A stretch of DNA of 64,000 nucleotides from Candidatus Latescibacterota bacterium (GTDB taxonomy: Bacteria; Latescibacterota; UBA2968), in assembly GCA_965208125.1 (NCBI GenBank), contig OZ242320.1, positions 4,352,001 through 4,416,000 on the forward strand, read 5' to 3'. The notes under the pieces are model-generated. The model worked only from the letters and a program-made list of their open reading frames with translations. It was not told the origin of the DNA and ran no database searches. Both the position numbers and the translations under genes were made by a program. This document shows positions 37,887-48,934 of this stretch, piece after piece. Position 1 is the first letter of the stretch. The number at the start of each line of letters is the position of its first letter.

Positions 37887-38738
37887 TTACTGCGAACCGA
37901 TCCATCTTTCTTCGGGGTTGCCCAATTCTCGGAAGTCGTATCCGTCAACGTGAATGATATGACACATTTCGAGGAAGCGAGAATAGATGCGCCCCTGCGC
38001 GAGTTCTTTTAATTCGTCGGCTTTCTGATTTGTGGTCACAAATGTCAGGCGTCGATTGGCATAGCGGGCATCAATGAGGTTGTAGAGGATTTCCATTTCC
38101 CATTCGGTATTGCGCTGCACGCCAAAGTCGTCAATGACGAGATAGGGCACATTGCTCAATACTTCAATCATGGGCATGGCCTGCCCATGCGTGTCACTGC
38201 TTTCGTCAAATGTATGTCTGAGTTCTTGAAAGCTCTTTGAAAGTGAGATGAATTTGCCGGGTTTTACAAATCGAAAAATGAGTTCGTTGAGCAAGATATA
38301 TGCAAAATAAGTTTTTCCACGGCCTGGCTCGCCCCATAAATAGAAGCCTTTGATCGATTCTTTGTTGCCGTAAAGATTATCGACCAGGGTGCTGAAATAG
38401 GACTTGAGGAGTATGGCTTCCCGGTTGGGCTGACCATTGTCGTACTGCTCCTTAAAGTCCTGTAAGAACTTAAAGCGAAAAGGCGCGGGAATGCCCGATT
38501 TCTGGATGTACCTGTCAACGTGGTGTCTCTTCATCCTAAAGGAATAACACGAGCACCAGGTGGGTTCGCCGCTCTTTGTATCAAGGACCATAAAAGGCGA
38601 CTTGCCGCCGCATCGACAGTGCTCGAGGACTTTTGGAGAAAGTTTGATTTCGCCGTGAAGCCCCGCTTTGACATGAGGGTCATAGTAATAGCCCAGATCA
38701 TTGGGGGGGAGGTCAATGCCTGTTATTTGTGTAGATAT
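37887..38738 (-). CDS. DnaC/IstB-like AAA+ ATPase
   Basis: [23 protein letters not shown]; frame is open upstream of ATG 38591 to an ATA after GGAGGT. Confidence 0.8.
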   Translation of the reverse strand: MSTQITGIDLPPNDLGYYYDPHVKAGLHGEIKLSPKVLEHCRCGGKSPFMVLDTKSGEPTWCSCYSFRMKRHHVDRYIQKSGIPAPFRFKFLQDFKEQYDNGQPNREAILLKSYFSTLVDNLYGNKESIKGFYLWGEPGRGKTYFAYILLNELIFRFVKPGKFISLSKSFQELRHTFDESSDTHGQAMPMIEVLSNVPYLVIDDFGVQRNTEWEMEILYNLIDARYANRRLTFVTTNQKADELKELAQGRIYSRFLEMCHIIHVDGYDFRELGNPEERWIGSQ

Positions 38739-38744
38739 GATAAC

Positions 38745-39215
38745 TTACCTCCCACTTCGGATGCGTACCTTCAGCGCTTGTTCGACTTCGCGTTGGGCAT
38801 CTCGACGGGCAATATCACGCCGCTTGTCAAATTGTTTTTTGCCGCGTGCCACGCCGAGTTCGACTTTGGCTTTGCCGCGTTTGAAATAGAGTTTGAGGGG
38901 AATTAGTGTATGGCCTCTTTCATTGATATATCCCCTCAGGCGGTTGATTTCATGGCGGTGGAGCAGCAATTTTCGTTTGCGCTCGGTGTCATGGTTAAAC
39001 TGGTTGCCCTGTGCATATTCGCTGATATGCGTGTTGTGCAAATAGGCTTCCCCGCCCTCAATACGCGCATAGCCATCTTTCAAATTGGCCCGGCCTTCGC
39101 GCAGGGCTTTGACTTCTGTGCCTCGCAATTGCAAGCCGGCTTCATAAGTGCTGAGGATGTGATAATCGCGCCGTGCTTTTCGGTTTTGCGCGATGATTTT
39201 GATGTTTTCTGGCAT
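38745..39215 (-). CDS. smpB: SsrA-binding protein
   Basis: [29 protein letters not shown]. Confidence 0.97.
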   Translation of the reverse strand: MPENIKIIAQNRKARRDYHILSTYEAGLQLRGTEVKALREGRANLKDGYARIEGGEAYLHNTHISEYAQGNQFNHDTERKRKLLLHRHEINRLRGYINERGHTLIPLKLYFKRGKAKVELGVARGKKQFDKRRDIARRDAQREVEQALKVRIRSGR

Positions 39216-39226
39216 TAGACCTCCGC

Positions 39227-40057
39227 TTATATATCAGGCTGAAGGATTTGCATGAGATCTTCGAGTTTTTTTGCGCGGTTTGGGTCGTCCAGGTTTAGAT
39301 ACGTATATCTGAGGTTGTTCATCATGCGAAAGAGCGTGAAGCGGTTGCTGGCTTGAGAAAAGAGATCTTTTGGAATTTCTTTCCCAATGAGGTCGGCGCA
39401 TTCATTTGCCGTGAGGATCTGCCCCCGATTGTGCGGGTCAATATAAATATGTTGATCGTTTTGGGTGTATTTGACGATGTAGTGGCTGGGTAGTGCAACG
39501 CCTGAGATGGGCAATTCCAGGCGCTGTGCGAGAATGAGATAGACCGCTGAAAGCGTGATCGGCCAGCCGCGCCTGCGATCGATTACGCGGTTGAAATACG
39601 TGTCGTCGGGATCATAGCGGGTCGATGCGTGAAACCCTTGCTCGTCAAAGAGATAATGATTGAGTGTGCGAATGATGCGGATGGGATGATCGTCGGGAGC
39701 AATCCTGGGCGCGAGTTCAAAGGCCATGTATCCCAGGCGCGTTTTGTAAGCACTTTCATCGAGGTCGGGATATCCGAATCGCGCCAGTGCAAAGACGCCT
39801 TCTTCGAGGGCAATATCGCCGTGTTGGTCGCGTGTGAGATTGCGAAACCGCATGTCGAGAGACGGTTCTCTAAATCGCCTGAGTACGCGGCTGACTTCTC
39901 GATGTGCGCGTGAGTCTTCGGCGCAGGCACTGTGAATTTCGCGTGTGGCCTTCTCGCCTAAATCATACAGTTTTTGGCGCAGGCGATCCGCAATGTCGGG
40001 GGAGGCGTCCGACAGAAGCGATACAATGGCGCAGATTTGTTTGGGGTGGAGTTTCAT
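39227..40057 (-). CDS. SirB1/transglutaminase-like domain protein
   Basis: [25 protein letters not shown]. Confidence 0.8.
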   Translation of the reverse strand: MKLHPKQICAIVSLLSDASPDIADRLRQKLYDLGEKATREIHSACAEDSRAHREVSRVLRRFREPSLDMRFRNLTRDQHGDIALEEGVFALARFGYPDLDESAYKTRLGYMAFELAPRIAPDDHPIRIIRTLNHYLFDEQGFHASTRYDPDDTYFNRVIDRRRGWPITLSAVYLILAQRLELPISGVALPSHYIVKYTQNDQHIYIDPHNRGQILTANECADLIGKEIPKDLFSQASNRFTLFRMMNNLRYTYLNLDDPNRAKKLEDLMQILQPDI

Positions 40058-41931
40058 ACAGGAGTACCGCGTTTTTTTAGCATGATCATAAGCAGAGCAA
40101 TATCCGCAGGCGAAATGCCGGGAATGCGAGATGCCTGCCCCAGTGACCGAGGTCTAATGCGGGTAAATTTTTCAATAGCTTCATTTCGCAAAGCTGCAAT
40201 GGCAGCATAGTTAAAGTTTTCGGGAATATATTTTTTTTCCAGATTGTGAAAGCGTTGCACCTGCTCTTCTTGTCGATCGAGATAACCTTCGTATTTGAGT
40301 TCAATTTCGACCGATTCGCACACATCCTCGGGCAGGGTTTCAGAAGCAGGTGACAGTTGTGTGACAATGTCGTAAGACAATTCTGGGCGCCGCAAAAGTT
40401 CGGCGAGTGTCACCGCGCGTTTCAACGGGGAAGAATGCGACGCTTTGAGGGCTGTTTGAACGTTGTCGGTTGGGGTGAAGCGCGTGGACCGCAGCCGTTC
40501 GACTTCTTCATCGATTTGTCGTTTGCGCTTGCAAAAACGGTTATACGCCTCGTCGGAAAGCAGGCCAATTTTTCGTCCGAGTTCGCACAGGCGCAAATCC
40601 GCGTTGTCTTGTCGCAAGAGCAAGCGGTATTCGGCCAGCGAGGTAAACATGCGATAGGGTTCTTCTGTGCCTTTGGTCACGAGGTCGTCAATCAGTACGC
40701 CGATATAAGCCTGCGAGCGATCCAGGATTATGGGATCGTCACCTCGGGCTGTTAAGGCGGCGTTGATGCCCGCCATAATTCCCTGTCCAGCAGCTTCCTC
40801 ATATCCAGTGGTGCCGTTGATTTGCCCCGCGAAAAATAGACCGGCGATAGGTTTTGTCTCCAGGGTAGGATGGATTTGCGTCGGGGGCACATAGTCGTAT
40901 TCGACGGCATAGGCCGGGCGCATGATCTCTGCCCGTTCAAGGCCGGGAATGCTGCGCACAACTTCGACCTGTACATCTTCGGGCAGGCTCATCGATAGGC
41001 CGTTGAGATAGACTTCAAGGGTGTGATATCCCTCGGGCTCGAGAAAAATTTGATGCCCTTCCTTGTCGGGAAAACGCACAATTTTGTCCTCTACCGAAGG
41101 GCAATACCGCGGTCCCACACCCTGGATACGCCCGCTGTACATGGCAGAGCGATCCAGATTGCTGCGAATAATATCGTGCGTTTTTGGCACGGTCATTGTG
41201 AGATGACAACTGAGTTGCTCTTGCTCAATGCAGTCGGTATGATAGGAAAAAGGCCGGGGGTCTGTATCGCCGGGTTGTTCTTCGCAGGTGCCAAAGTCGA
41301 TGCTGCGCGCATTGACGCGCGGAGGGGTGCCGGTTTTGAGCCGCCCGAGTTCAAAACCGAGTTGTGAGAGGCCATCGGATGCTTTGTCAGCGGCTTGTTC
41401 ACCTGCGCGCCCTGCACTATAGGAAAAATCGCCCACATGAATGAGGCCCTTGAGGAAGGTGCCCGTGGTCAGGATTACGGTCCTGGCGGCAAAAACCGTT
41501 TTGGCTTTGGTGACCACGCCCTCAATACGTCTGTTTTTGACTACGAGGTCTTCGAGCAAACCCTGTTTGACGTCAAGGTGCGGCTGGTTTTCGATTACTT
41601 CTTTCATGCGAAATTGATATGCTTTTTTATCAGCTTGCGCCCGGGGGGCCTGTACGGCGGGTCCTCTACGCCGATTGAGCATGCGAAATTGCAAACCTGT
41701 GGCATCAATATTACGCGCCATTTCACCGCCCAGAGCATCAATTTCGCGCACCATATGGCCTTTTGCAATGCCTCCGATGGCCGGGTTGCACGACATCTGT
41801 GCGATAGTGTCGAGGTTCATGGTCAGCAGTAGTGTTTTACAGCCCATACGTGCAGAGGCCAGAGCGGCTTCTGCTCCCGCATGTCCACCGCCGACAACAA
41901 TGACGTCATATTTTTTTTCGTATGTCCACAT
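40054..41931 (-). CDS. mnmG: tRNA uridine 5-carboxymethylaminomethyl modification enzyme
   Basis: GGGHAG, MSCNPAIGG, GPRYCPS, GQINGTTGYEEA. Confidence 0.98.
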   Translation of the reverse strand: MWTYEKKYDVIVVGGGHAGAEAALASARMGCKTLLLTMNLDTIAQMSCNPAIGGIAKGHMVREIDALGGEMARNIDATGLQFRMLNRRRGPAVQAPRAQADKKAYQFRMKEVIENQPHLDVKQGLLEDLVVKNRRIEGVVTKAKTVFAARTVILTTGTFLKGLIHVGDFSYSAGRAGEQAADKASDGLSQLGFELGRLKTGTPPRVNARSIDFGTCEEQPGDTDPRPFSYHTDCIEQEQLSCHLTMTVPKTHDIIRSNLDRSAMYSGRIQGVGPRYCPSVEDKIVRFPDKEGHQIFLEPEGYHTLEVYLNGLSMSLPEDVQVEVVRSIPGLERAEIMRPAYAVEYDYVPPTQIHPTLETKPIAGLFFAGQINGTTGYEEAAGQGIMAGINAALTARGDDPIILDRSQAYIGVLIDDLVTKGTEEPYRMFTSLAEYRLLLRQDNADLRLCELGRKIGLLSDEAYNRFCKRKRQIDEEVERLRSTRFTPTDNVQTALKASHSSPLKRAVTLAELLRRPELSYDIVTQLSPASETLPEDVCESVEIELKYEGYLDRQEEQVQRFHNLEKKYIPENFNYAAIAALRNEAIEKFTRIRPRSLGQASRIPGISPADIALLMIMLKKRGTPV

Positions 41932-41937
41932 ATTTTT

Positions 41938-42966
41938 TTATAGCTGAGCGTGTACTGGTGTGCCAATCGATAGAAGATGATCGTTCTGCGATTCGCTTTG
42001 TATCGTTTCGACTTCAAATCCCAGATCGGTAATCATCTGGTGTGTATCTTCTACATCCAGGCCGCCTGTGGTCAAATATCCTTCCATAAAGAGCGAATTG
42101 GCGGGATAAAGCGCCAGAGGTTGGAGGGATCGGAGATTTTTTTCTCGACCACCCGCCACGCGAATTTCGGTTGATGGGTTGACAAATCGGAACAGACACA
42201 ATGCGCGCAGACAATCGTGAGGAGTTAAGGAATTTTGATTCGACAGGGGCGTGCCAGCGATGGGGTGTAAGAAATTGACGGGAATGGAGTTGACGCCGAG
42301 GTCGCGTAAAGACACTGCCATATCAATTATGTCGTTGTGGGTTTCTCCCATACCAATAATGCCGCCGCTGCACGTATCCAGACCCGCTTTTTGGATATTG
42401 TACAGAGTTTCTAATCGGTCTCCATAGGTATGTGTAGATACAATATGCGGCGTGTGCGCTTTGCTGGTGTTGAGGTTGTGATTGACGCGATCGACGCCCG
42501 CGTCTTTTAATCGCTGTGCTTTTTCGCCCGTCAGTAAGCCCAAACAACAACAGATGTCGATATCTACTTCCCGTTTGATCTGGCGAACTACACCTGTAAT
42601 GGCATCAACTTCATTGTCGGTGGGTGCGCGTCCACTCGTAACAATGCAGTAGCGATATGCGCCGTTTTCTTTGGCTTTGCGGGCTGCATCTATCATTTCA
42701 CGGGCTGGTCGCAGGGGATATTTATCAATTGGTGCGTTTGAGACAGCCGATTGCGAGCAATAGGCACAGTCTTCGGGACACAAGCCACTTTTGGCATTCA
42801 TCAGCACATGGATGTGTACTTTGCGCCCAAAATAATGATGACGCACCTGGTATGCCGCGTGCAAAAGCGGTAGAATATCGCGGTCAGGCATTTGAAGGAC
42901 AGCGTGCATTTCAGCGTTTGATAAGTCGGTTCCAGAGAGGATTTTTTGGGCATAAGAGGTGTACAT
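41938..42966 (-). CDS. bioB: Biotin synthase
   Basis: CPEDCAYCSQS, NHNLNTS, SIPVNFL, R.AGGRE. Confidence 0.96.
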   Translation of the reverse strand: MYTSYAQKILSGTDLSNAEMHAVLQMPDRDILPLLHAAYQVRHHYFGRKVHIHVLMNAKSGLCPEDCAYCSQSAVSNAPIDKYPLRPAREMIDAARKAKENGAYRYCIVTSGRAPTDNEVDAITGVVRQIKREVDIDICCCLGLLTGEKAQRLKDAGVDRVNHNLNTSKAHTPHIVSTHTYGDRLETLYNIQKAGLDTCSGGIIGMGETHNDIIDMAVSLRDLGVNSIPVNFLHPIAGTPLSNQNSLTPHDCLRALCLFRFVNPSTEIRVAGGREKNLRSLQPLALYPANSLFMEGYLTTGGLDVEDTHQMITDLGFEVETIQSESQNDHLLSIGTPVHAQL

Positions 42967-42998
42967 AGTATGTCCTGAATGTCTATACTTTTTTGTGG

Positions 42999-43520
42999 TT
43001 ATCGATAAAATGCAAGGCCGAGAGCTGCGGTTACAACAATGGCCAGAGCGGGATGAAGATTGAGAAAGTTGATGGCTGCAAAAGCAGCGACCGCAATGAG
43101 GGCCGTGTGCCAGGAAGTAACAGATTTGGGACACATTTCCCAGACCACGACGATTAAAAGCCCGACTACTGCCGGACGCACGGCTTTGAGCATGGCCTGT
43201 ACGAGCGGCGTATCTTTATAGTTCATAAAAAACAGACCGAGGATCATCATCATGAGCAATGAGGGGAATACCGTACCAAAGAGCGCGATCAAAAGGCCAG
43301 GTGTGTCGGCGACCTGGTATCCTATATACGCAGCCATTTTAGTGGCAATAGGCCCTGGAAGTGCATAGCCCATTGCAAGGGCGTCTGTAAATTCTTCTAT
43401 GGTCATCCAATCATTGCGATCGACGACTTCTTCTTGAATGAGGGGGATCATCGAAGGACCACCGCCATAGGCAAAGATGCCGACTTTGGTGAATGAAACA
43501 AACAGGTCCCATAGCTTCAT
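42999..43520 (-). CDS. Short-chain chromate transporter family protein
   Basis: FAYGGG, LPGP, RPAVVGL. Confidence 0.88.
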   Translation of the reverse strand: MKLWDLFVSFTKVGIFAYGGGPSMIPLIQEEVVDRNDWMTIEEFTDALAMGYALPGPIATKMAAYIGYQVADTPGLLIALFGTVFPSLLMMMILGLFFMNYKDTPLVQAMLKAVRPAVVGLLIVVVWEMCPKSVTSWHTALIAVAAFAAINFLNLHPALAIVVTAALGLAFYR

Positions 43521-43800
43521 TAAAACGCTCCTTGTAAGCGTAACAGATTGTTAAACATCAATGTTATGAATAAAATCGCTTCTTGTAACGAAATGGAAAT
43601 ATATCCATTTCACGCTTATGAAACAAGGTAAATCACATCGGGAATCGTCGAAATTACTGCCTGATTTTGCATTGGATTTTTTGCTGAGATTTTTTACATT
43701 TGAGCACGATTTTGTTGCGCGTTAATCTATTTTTGTGTAATTGTTCGGAAAGACGGCGCAATAGAAATGGAATAAGATCTGGTTTAATTTCTATTTATCG

Positions 43801-43829
43801 TTGACAATCCCGGACCTTTTTCCTATTAT
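43801..43829 (+). promoter_or_regulatory. Sigma70-type promoter
   Basis: TTGACA-N17-TATTAT. Confidence 0.6.
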
Positions 43830-43860
43830 GCCCGCTCTTTTTTGGTGGCGATTTACTCCT

Positions 43861-44586
43861 ATGTCGGCATTAAAAAAACTCCAAAAAATTTGTGATCAAA
43901 ATCCGACGTCCATTTTATTTGCACGTCTGGCAGATGGGTTGTTGCAGCAAGGAGAGGTCGCACGCGCAATTGAGGTTTGCCGCCGCGGTTTGCGCTATCG
44001 GCCTTCATATACGGCAGGCCATGTGGTGATGGGCAAGTGCTATCATGCGGCCGGGCATTATGAAGAAGCGCGTCTGGAGTTTCAAACGGTATTGCAATTA
44101 GATCCCGGTCATCTTGTCGCACACTGGTATATGGGCAAAATCGCATTGCAATTGGGCCGTGATGACCTCGCGCTCAAATATTTTGAACAGGCTCATGTGC
44201 GCGATCCATTTAGTCCCGAACTCATAGAGCAGATTCGCAAACTCAAAGGCGAGGAGCTTGAAGAGGAGCAGGACAACAGTCCTGAGTCTGACGGTCCTGG
44301 AGTCGTATCTGGAAGCGAAGCATTTGCTCAGGCGCTTTTAGAAGAAGATGACGAAGACGATTTGGATACGCTGGTTATGTCTCTTAAACGCGAGCCAAAA
44401 TCCGGGAGAGAGGCTCCTGTTATAGCAACGACCACGCTGGCCGAGCTATACGCGAGTCAGGGCCTTATTCCGGAGGCCATCGCAGTTTTGGAACAGGTGC
44501 TTGCCCGAGAACCCGACAATGAGCATCTTATTGCCCGTTTGAAAGCATTGCGGAATTTACCGAAACGAGAGGGACCGGAATCATGA
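43861..44586 (+). CDS. Tetratricopeptide repeat protein
   Basis: TPR-like helices; TLAELYASQG C-terminal motif. Confidence 0.85.
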   Translation: MSALKKLQKICDQNPTSILFARLADGLLQQGEVARAIEVCRRGLRYRPSYTAGHVVMGKCYHAAGHYEEARLEFQTVLQLDPGHLVAHWYMGKIALQLGRDDLALKYFEQAHVRDPFSPELIEQIRKLKGEELEEEQDNSPESDGPGVVSGSEAFAQALLEEDDEDDLDTLVMSLKREPKSGREAPVIATTTLAELYASQGLIPEAIAVLEQVLAREPDNEHLIARLKALRNLPKREGPES

Positions 44587-45317
44587 ATCCTGAGTATGAC
44601 GGAATTGCGGAAGCGTATAGGGATTCCAAGCAACTCTCATTTCGAAAATATATTGAAGAATATACTTTTTTTGAGATATTGGGAGATATCCGAGGGGCAA
44701 TGGTCGTAGATCTGGCTTGTGGTGAGGGATTTTACACGCGCAAGATCAAGCGAGCCGGAGCAGCAGAAGTCACAGGCGTCGATCTTTCCGCAGAAATGAT
44801 CAAGTTGGCAGAAGAAGAAGAACGCATCCGTCCTCTGGGATGCAAGTACCTGAATCGAGATGTGACACAGCTCGATATGGTCGAATCTGTCGATGTTGTG
44901 GTGGCGATGTATCTTTTAAATTATGCCAGGACAAAAGAGGAACTTCTCAATTTCGTCCAAGTGGCTTATAATAGACTGCGACTGGGGGGGCGATTTATCG
45001 GATTTAATGATAATGTCCAGCATGTTCCCAGGGGAATTATTTCCTTTGCCCAATACGGATTTGACAAAGTGTGTACCCCTTCTCCTGAAGAAGGCGATAT
45101 TATTTTATATCAAATGATCAATGAAGATGGCACGCAGTTTGAGTTTAAGAATTATTTCCTCAAACCAGAAACGTATCAGTGGGCTTTTCAGAAAGCTGGT
45201 TTTTCCAATTTTCAATGGGTGGGGCCTTTTATACATCCATCTCAGCAGCACAACCCTTTTTGGGATGCTTTTATGTCTCATCCCCCGCTCATTGGCTTTA
45301 GCGCGTCAAAACAATAA
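44583..45317 (+). CDS. Class I SAM-dependent methyltransferase
   Basis: VDLACGEG, GVDLS. Confidence 0.9.
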   Translation: MNPEYDGIAEAYRDSKQLSFRKYIEEYTFFEILGDIRGAMVVDLACGEGFYTRKIKRAGAAEVTGVDLSAEMIKLAEEEERIRPLGCKYLNRDVTQLDMVESVDVVVAMYLLNYARTKEELLNFVQVAYNRLRLGGRFIGFNDNVQHVPRGIISFAQYGFDKVCTPSPEEGDIILYQMINEDGTQFEFKNYFLKPETYQWAFQKAGFSNFQWVGPFIHPSQQHNPFWDAFMSHPPLIGFSASKQ

Positions 45318-45362
45318 GTTCATATCCCGGCAGGGATGACCGTTGAAAACAAAGGATTGTTT

Positions 45363-45920
45363 ATGGTTTCTACTTCTGACTTTCGCAATGGTATGGTTAT
45401 TCGCCTGGATGGGCAGCTTTTTTTTATGACCGAGTTTGAGCATTTTAAGCCCGGCAAAGGTGCTGCGGTCGTGCGCACCAAGCTCAAGAGTGTAAAGTCG
45501 GGGGCTGTGATTGATCGCACATTCCGGTCGGGCGACAAAGTAGATGATGTCCGCCTGGAAAAACGAAAGAGCCAATACTTATATAAGCAGGATGCGTTTT
45601 ACATTTTTATGGATACCCGCACTTACGACCAATACGAAGTGTCCAGGGAGATAGTGGGCGATGCGCAAAAGCTGTTGCAGGAAAATGAGATTGTCGATGT
45701 ACTGATTGCCGAGGGAAATGCTCTGGGTGTGGAACTGCCCATTTTTGTGGAATTGAAAGTCGATCAAACCGATCCCGGCTTGCGAGGCGATACGGCCACT
45801 GGTGGCACAAAGCCCGCGCGCGTAGAAACCGGGGCGACAGTGCAGGTTCCGCTATTTGTCGAGATTGGCGATGTGTTGAAAATCGATACGCGCACCCAAT
45901 CTTATGTCGAACGGGTTTAG
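45363..45920 (+). CDS. efp: Elongation factor P
   Basis: KPGKG, GDT, KPA, VPLF. Confidence 0.97.
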   Translation: MVSTSDFRNGMVIRLDGQLFFMTEFEHFKPGKGAAVVRTKLKSVKSGAVIDRTFRSGDKVDDVRLEKRKSQYLYKQDAFYIFMDTRTYDQYEVSREIVGDAQKLLQENEIVDVLIAEGNALGVELPIFVELKVDQTDPGLRGDTATGGTKPARVETGATVQVPLFVEIGDVLKIDTRTQSYVERV

Positions 45921-45929
45921 GAGATTACT

Positions 45930-46415
45930 GTGAAAATTTCCAAGCAGATAATAGCGAGTGCGAAAGAACTCATCGATCTGATTGGTGCCGATGATGTGCA
46001 GGAAGTTGAAATTGAACGCAAGCTCTTTGGACGCGGACGCATTCGCATTGTGCGCGCCAGCCAACAAGCTCCCATAGTGCAAACGCTGGCCGCACCGCCC
46101 GCGTCAGCATCTGCACCTGTTGATGCACCTGAGTCTTCGGCTGAAGATGCAGTAAGTGAAGACGATGGCCGCTATCACACTTTGCGGTCGCCTATGGTGG
46201 GTATGTTTTACCAATCGCCAAACCCCGACGCGCCGCCTTATGCAACAGAAGGCGATGAGGTGGCGAGAGGACAGACACTGTGTATTATTGAAGCCATGAA
46301 AATTATGAATGAAATCGAGTGTGACGTGAATGGTCGGGTAGTGCGCGTACTGGTTGAAAATGCCGCGCCCGTCGAATACAATACGCCCTTGTTTTTGATT
46401 GATCCAGAAAAGTAG
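45930..46415 (+). CDS. accB: Acetyl-CoA carboxylase biotin carboxyl carrier protein
   Basis: SPMVG, IEAMKIMNEI. Confidence 0.95.
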   Translation: MKISKQIIASAKELIDLIGADDVQEVEIERKLFGRGRIRIVRASQQAPIVQTLAAPPASASAPVDAPESSAEDAVSEDDGRYHTLRSPMVGMFYQSPNPDAPPYATEGDEVARGQTLCIIEAMKIMNEIECDVNGRVVRVLVENAAPVEYNTPLFLIDPEK

Positions 46416-46516
46416 CCCCTCGGGGATGCCCATTCGCCGATTGTTGCTTGCCCTTCCCCTGCGAATGAGCAGGCCCTATTGACCTTTCCTTTGTACACCG
46501 TTACGAGATCATACCT

Positions 46517-47860
46517 TTGTTTGAGAAAGTTCTCATTGCTGACCGCGGCGAAATTGCGCTGCGCATTATCCGAGCCTGTAAAGAGTTAGGCCTGAAAACA
46601 GTGGCCGTTTACTCCGAAGCGGATAGCAATTCGCTGCATGTCGGTATGGCCGATGAAGATGTTTGTATTGGTCCACCTCCCGGCGAGCAAAGCTATCGAA
46701 ATATTCCGCGCATCTTAAGTGCTGCCGAAGTGACCAATGCCGATGCGATTCATCCGGGCTATGGCCCGCTGGCCGAGAATGCCGAGTTTGCCGAAATTTG
46801 CGGCACCTGCGGCATTGTTTTTATTGGTCCATCCGCAGAATCGATACGCAAGATGGGCGATAAGGCTATCGCACGAGAGACCATGCAAGGAGCCGGTGTG
46901 CCCGTTGCGCCAGGTACGGGAGTTTTGGAAAGCTATGAGGCGGCCCAACAAGCTGCGCGTAGCATTGGATACCCCGTGCGCCTCAAGGCCGTGGCAGGTG
47001 GAGGCGGACGGGGGATGCGCACTGTATTTTCAGAGCGCGAGTTAGAACGCGCGTGGCAAATGGCACAGGCCGAGGCACAGGCGGCGTTTACATCTGGCGC
47101 GCTCTATTTGGAAAAAGAGATTGTGCAGCCCCGGCATGTGGAGATTCAAGTGTTGGGAGATCTGGCTGGGCGTATTGTGCATTTGGGGGAACGCGAGTGT
47201 TCGGTTCAGCGTCGGCACCAAAAGCTTATTGAAGAGTCGCCTTCACCTGTAGTTGATGACGCCATGCGCCAGCGCATGGGAGAGGCAGCTATCAAAGGTG
47301 CGCTCGCGGTCGGGTATGCCAGTGCTGGCACGGTTGAGTTTTTGCTCGACACTTCCGGTGATTTTTATTTTTTGGAAATGAACACGCGCATTCAGGTCGA
47401 GCATCCGGTTACAGAGATGGTGGCAAGGCTCGATCTGGTCAAATGGCAGATCCGTATCGCAGCCGGTGCGTCTCTTTCTCAGTCTCAAGATCTGTTTGAT
47501 TTCAAAGGGCATGCTATTGAATGTCGAATCAATGCCGAAGACCCCGAGCATAATTTCAGGCCCTCGCCCGGCACAATTACTTCTTTTCATATGCCGGGAG
47601 GCCCGGGCATTCGCATTGATTCACACGTATATACGGGATATACGGTTCCTCCGCAGTACGATTCTCTTTTGGCCAAGCTCATCGGATATGGGGACACGCG
47701 CGACGAGGCAATTGCACGGGTGATACGCGCGCTCGAAGAGTTTGTGATCGAAGGCGTGCCAACGACCATTCCCTTTCACCTCCATGCTTTGCAACACGAG
47801 GATTTTAGGACGGGACGAGCAACAACGGAATTTGTGAATAAGTTGGGCTATGGGGGATGA
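46517..47860 (+). CDS. accC: Acetyl-CoA carboxylase biotin carboxylase
   Basis: [26 protein letters not shown]. Confidence 0.95.
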   Translation: MFEKVLIADRGEIALRIIRACKELGLKTVAVYSEADSNSLHVGMADEDVCIGPPPGEQSYRNIPRILSAAEVTNADAIHPGYGPLAENAEFAEICGTCGIVFIGPSAESIRKMGDKAIARETMQGAGVPVAPGTGVLESYEAAQQAARSIGYPVRLKAVAGGGGRGMRTVFSERELERAWQMAQAEAQAAFTSGALYLEKEIVQPRHVEIQVLGDLAGRIVHLGERECSVQRRHQKLIEESPSPVVDDAMRQRMGEAAIKGALAVGYASAGTVEFLLDTSGDFYFLEMNTRIQVEHPVTEMVARLDLVKWQIRIAAGASLSQSQDLFDFKGHAIECRINAEDPEHNFRPSPGTITSFHMPGGPGIRIDSHVYTGYTVPPQYDSLLAKLIGYGDTRDEAIARVIRALEEFVIEGVPTTIPFHLHALQHEDFRTGRATTEFVNKLGYGG

Positions 47861-47902
47861 AGCCCATTCTCACCCATAGGCAAAGGTATAAAGGAGCAGA
47901 AA

Positions 47903-48286
47903 ATGTCGGATATTCCAGAAGATTTACTTTTTAATAGCGATCACGACTGGGTTCGAATTGAGGGTGATACGGGCACATGCGGGATTACGGATTACGCGCA
48001 GGGCGAGTTGGGCGATATTGTATTTTTAGAATTGCCAGAGCCTGGCGATTTTGTTACTCAGGGAGAATCTTATGGCACAATTGAGGCGGTTAAGACTGTG
48101 TCCGATCTCATTGCACCAGTTTCGGGTGAGGTGGTGGATGTCAATACCCAGTTGACAGATGATGCTGCTCTGGTCAATGATGAGCCTTATGGAGAGGGAT
48201 GGATGATTCAAGTGCGCCTTTCAGATCCTTCAGAGACAGAGTATTTAATGGATGCTCACGCCTATGCAGGCCTGGTTGATGAATAG
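47903..48286 (+). CDS. gcvH: Glycine cleavage system H protein
   Basis: GITDYAQ..LGD, EAVKT, PVSG. Confidence 0.95.
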   Translation: MSDIPEDLLFNSDHDWVRIEGDTGTCGITDYAQGELGDIVFLELPEPGDFVTQGESYGTIEAVKTVSDLIAPVSGEVVDVNTQLTDDAALVNDEPYGEGWMIQVRLSDPSETEYLMDAHAYAGLVDE

Positions 48287-48394
48287 ATAGAGTGAATAAG
48301 GCTTGACACCTTGTAGTCAATACAATATATCATGAAGATTTATATTAGAGAGTGGATGGGGAGAGGCTAATCGTTATTTTTGAGGTATTTGATC

Positions 48395-48922
48395 ATGCCC
48401 GTGACAATGCCCACAGTACTCAATCAGTCTGTGCTGGTGCTCAATCAGAGTTACGAACCTCTGCATGTGTGTTCTGTGCGCAGGGCTATTGTGCTGGTTT
48501 TTCGAGGTCGCGCCGAAGTTGTTGAAGCGTGCGATTCTCGCATCCATACGGTGAGCAATTCATTCCCCGTGCCGAGCGTGGTGCGTCTGGCCGTATATGT
48601 GCGCGTGCCTCCCAAACCGCTCGCCTTGACCAAGCGCAATATCTTAAAACGCGATGGGTTTCAGTGCCAGTATTGTGGCATTCGCCGCGGTCCGTTTACC
48701 ATTGATCACGTGGTGCCGCGGTCTCACAATGGGCGCAATTCATGGGATAACCTGGTGTGCGCCTGTCATCGGTGCAACAACCGCAAGGGCGACAATACGC
48801 CTGCGGAAGTCGGTTTGTCATTATTGCGCAAGCCGCAGTCTCCCAATCGGGTGACCTTTATTCGACATCATATTGGGGTGCCAGACCGTCGCTGGCGTCC
48901 CTATCTTTTTATGGATGATTAA
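48395..48922 (+). CDS. HNH endonuclease (McrA-like)
   Basis: VLVLN.SYEP, RD...CQYC, TIDHVVP, CN.RKG. Confidence 0.92.
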   Translation: MPVTMPTVLNQSVLVLNQSYEPLHVCSVRRAIVLVFRGRAEVVEACDSRIHTVSNSFPVPSVVRLAVYVRVPPKPLALTKRNILKRDGFQCQYCGIRRGPFTIDHVVPRSHNGRNSWDNLVCACHRCNNRKGDNTPAEVGLSLLRKPQSPNRVTFIRHHIGVPDRRWRPYLFMDD

Positions 48923-48934
48923 AAGCGGGAACTG

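Noticed and set aside
37887-38738. IS21 IstB helper gene
   Set aside because: No IstA transposase or inverted repeats; embedded between smpB and rph
48395-48922. HNH gene as a defence system or homing element
   Set aside because: Matches a widespread standalone HNH family in housekeeping context, with no methylase or intron
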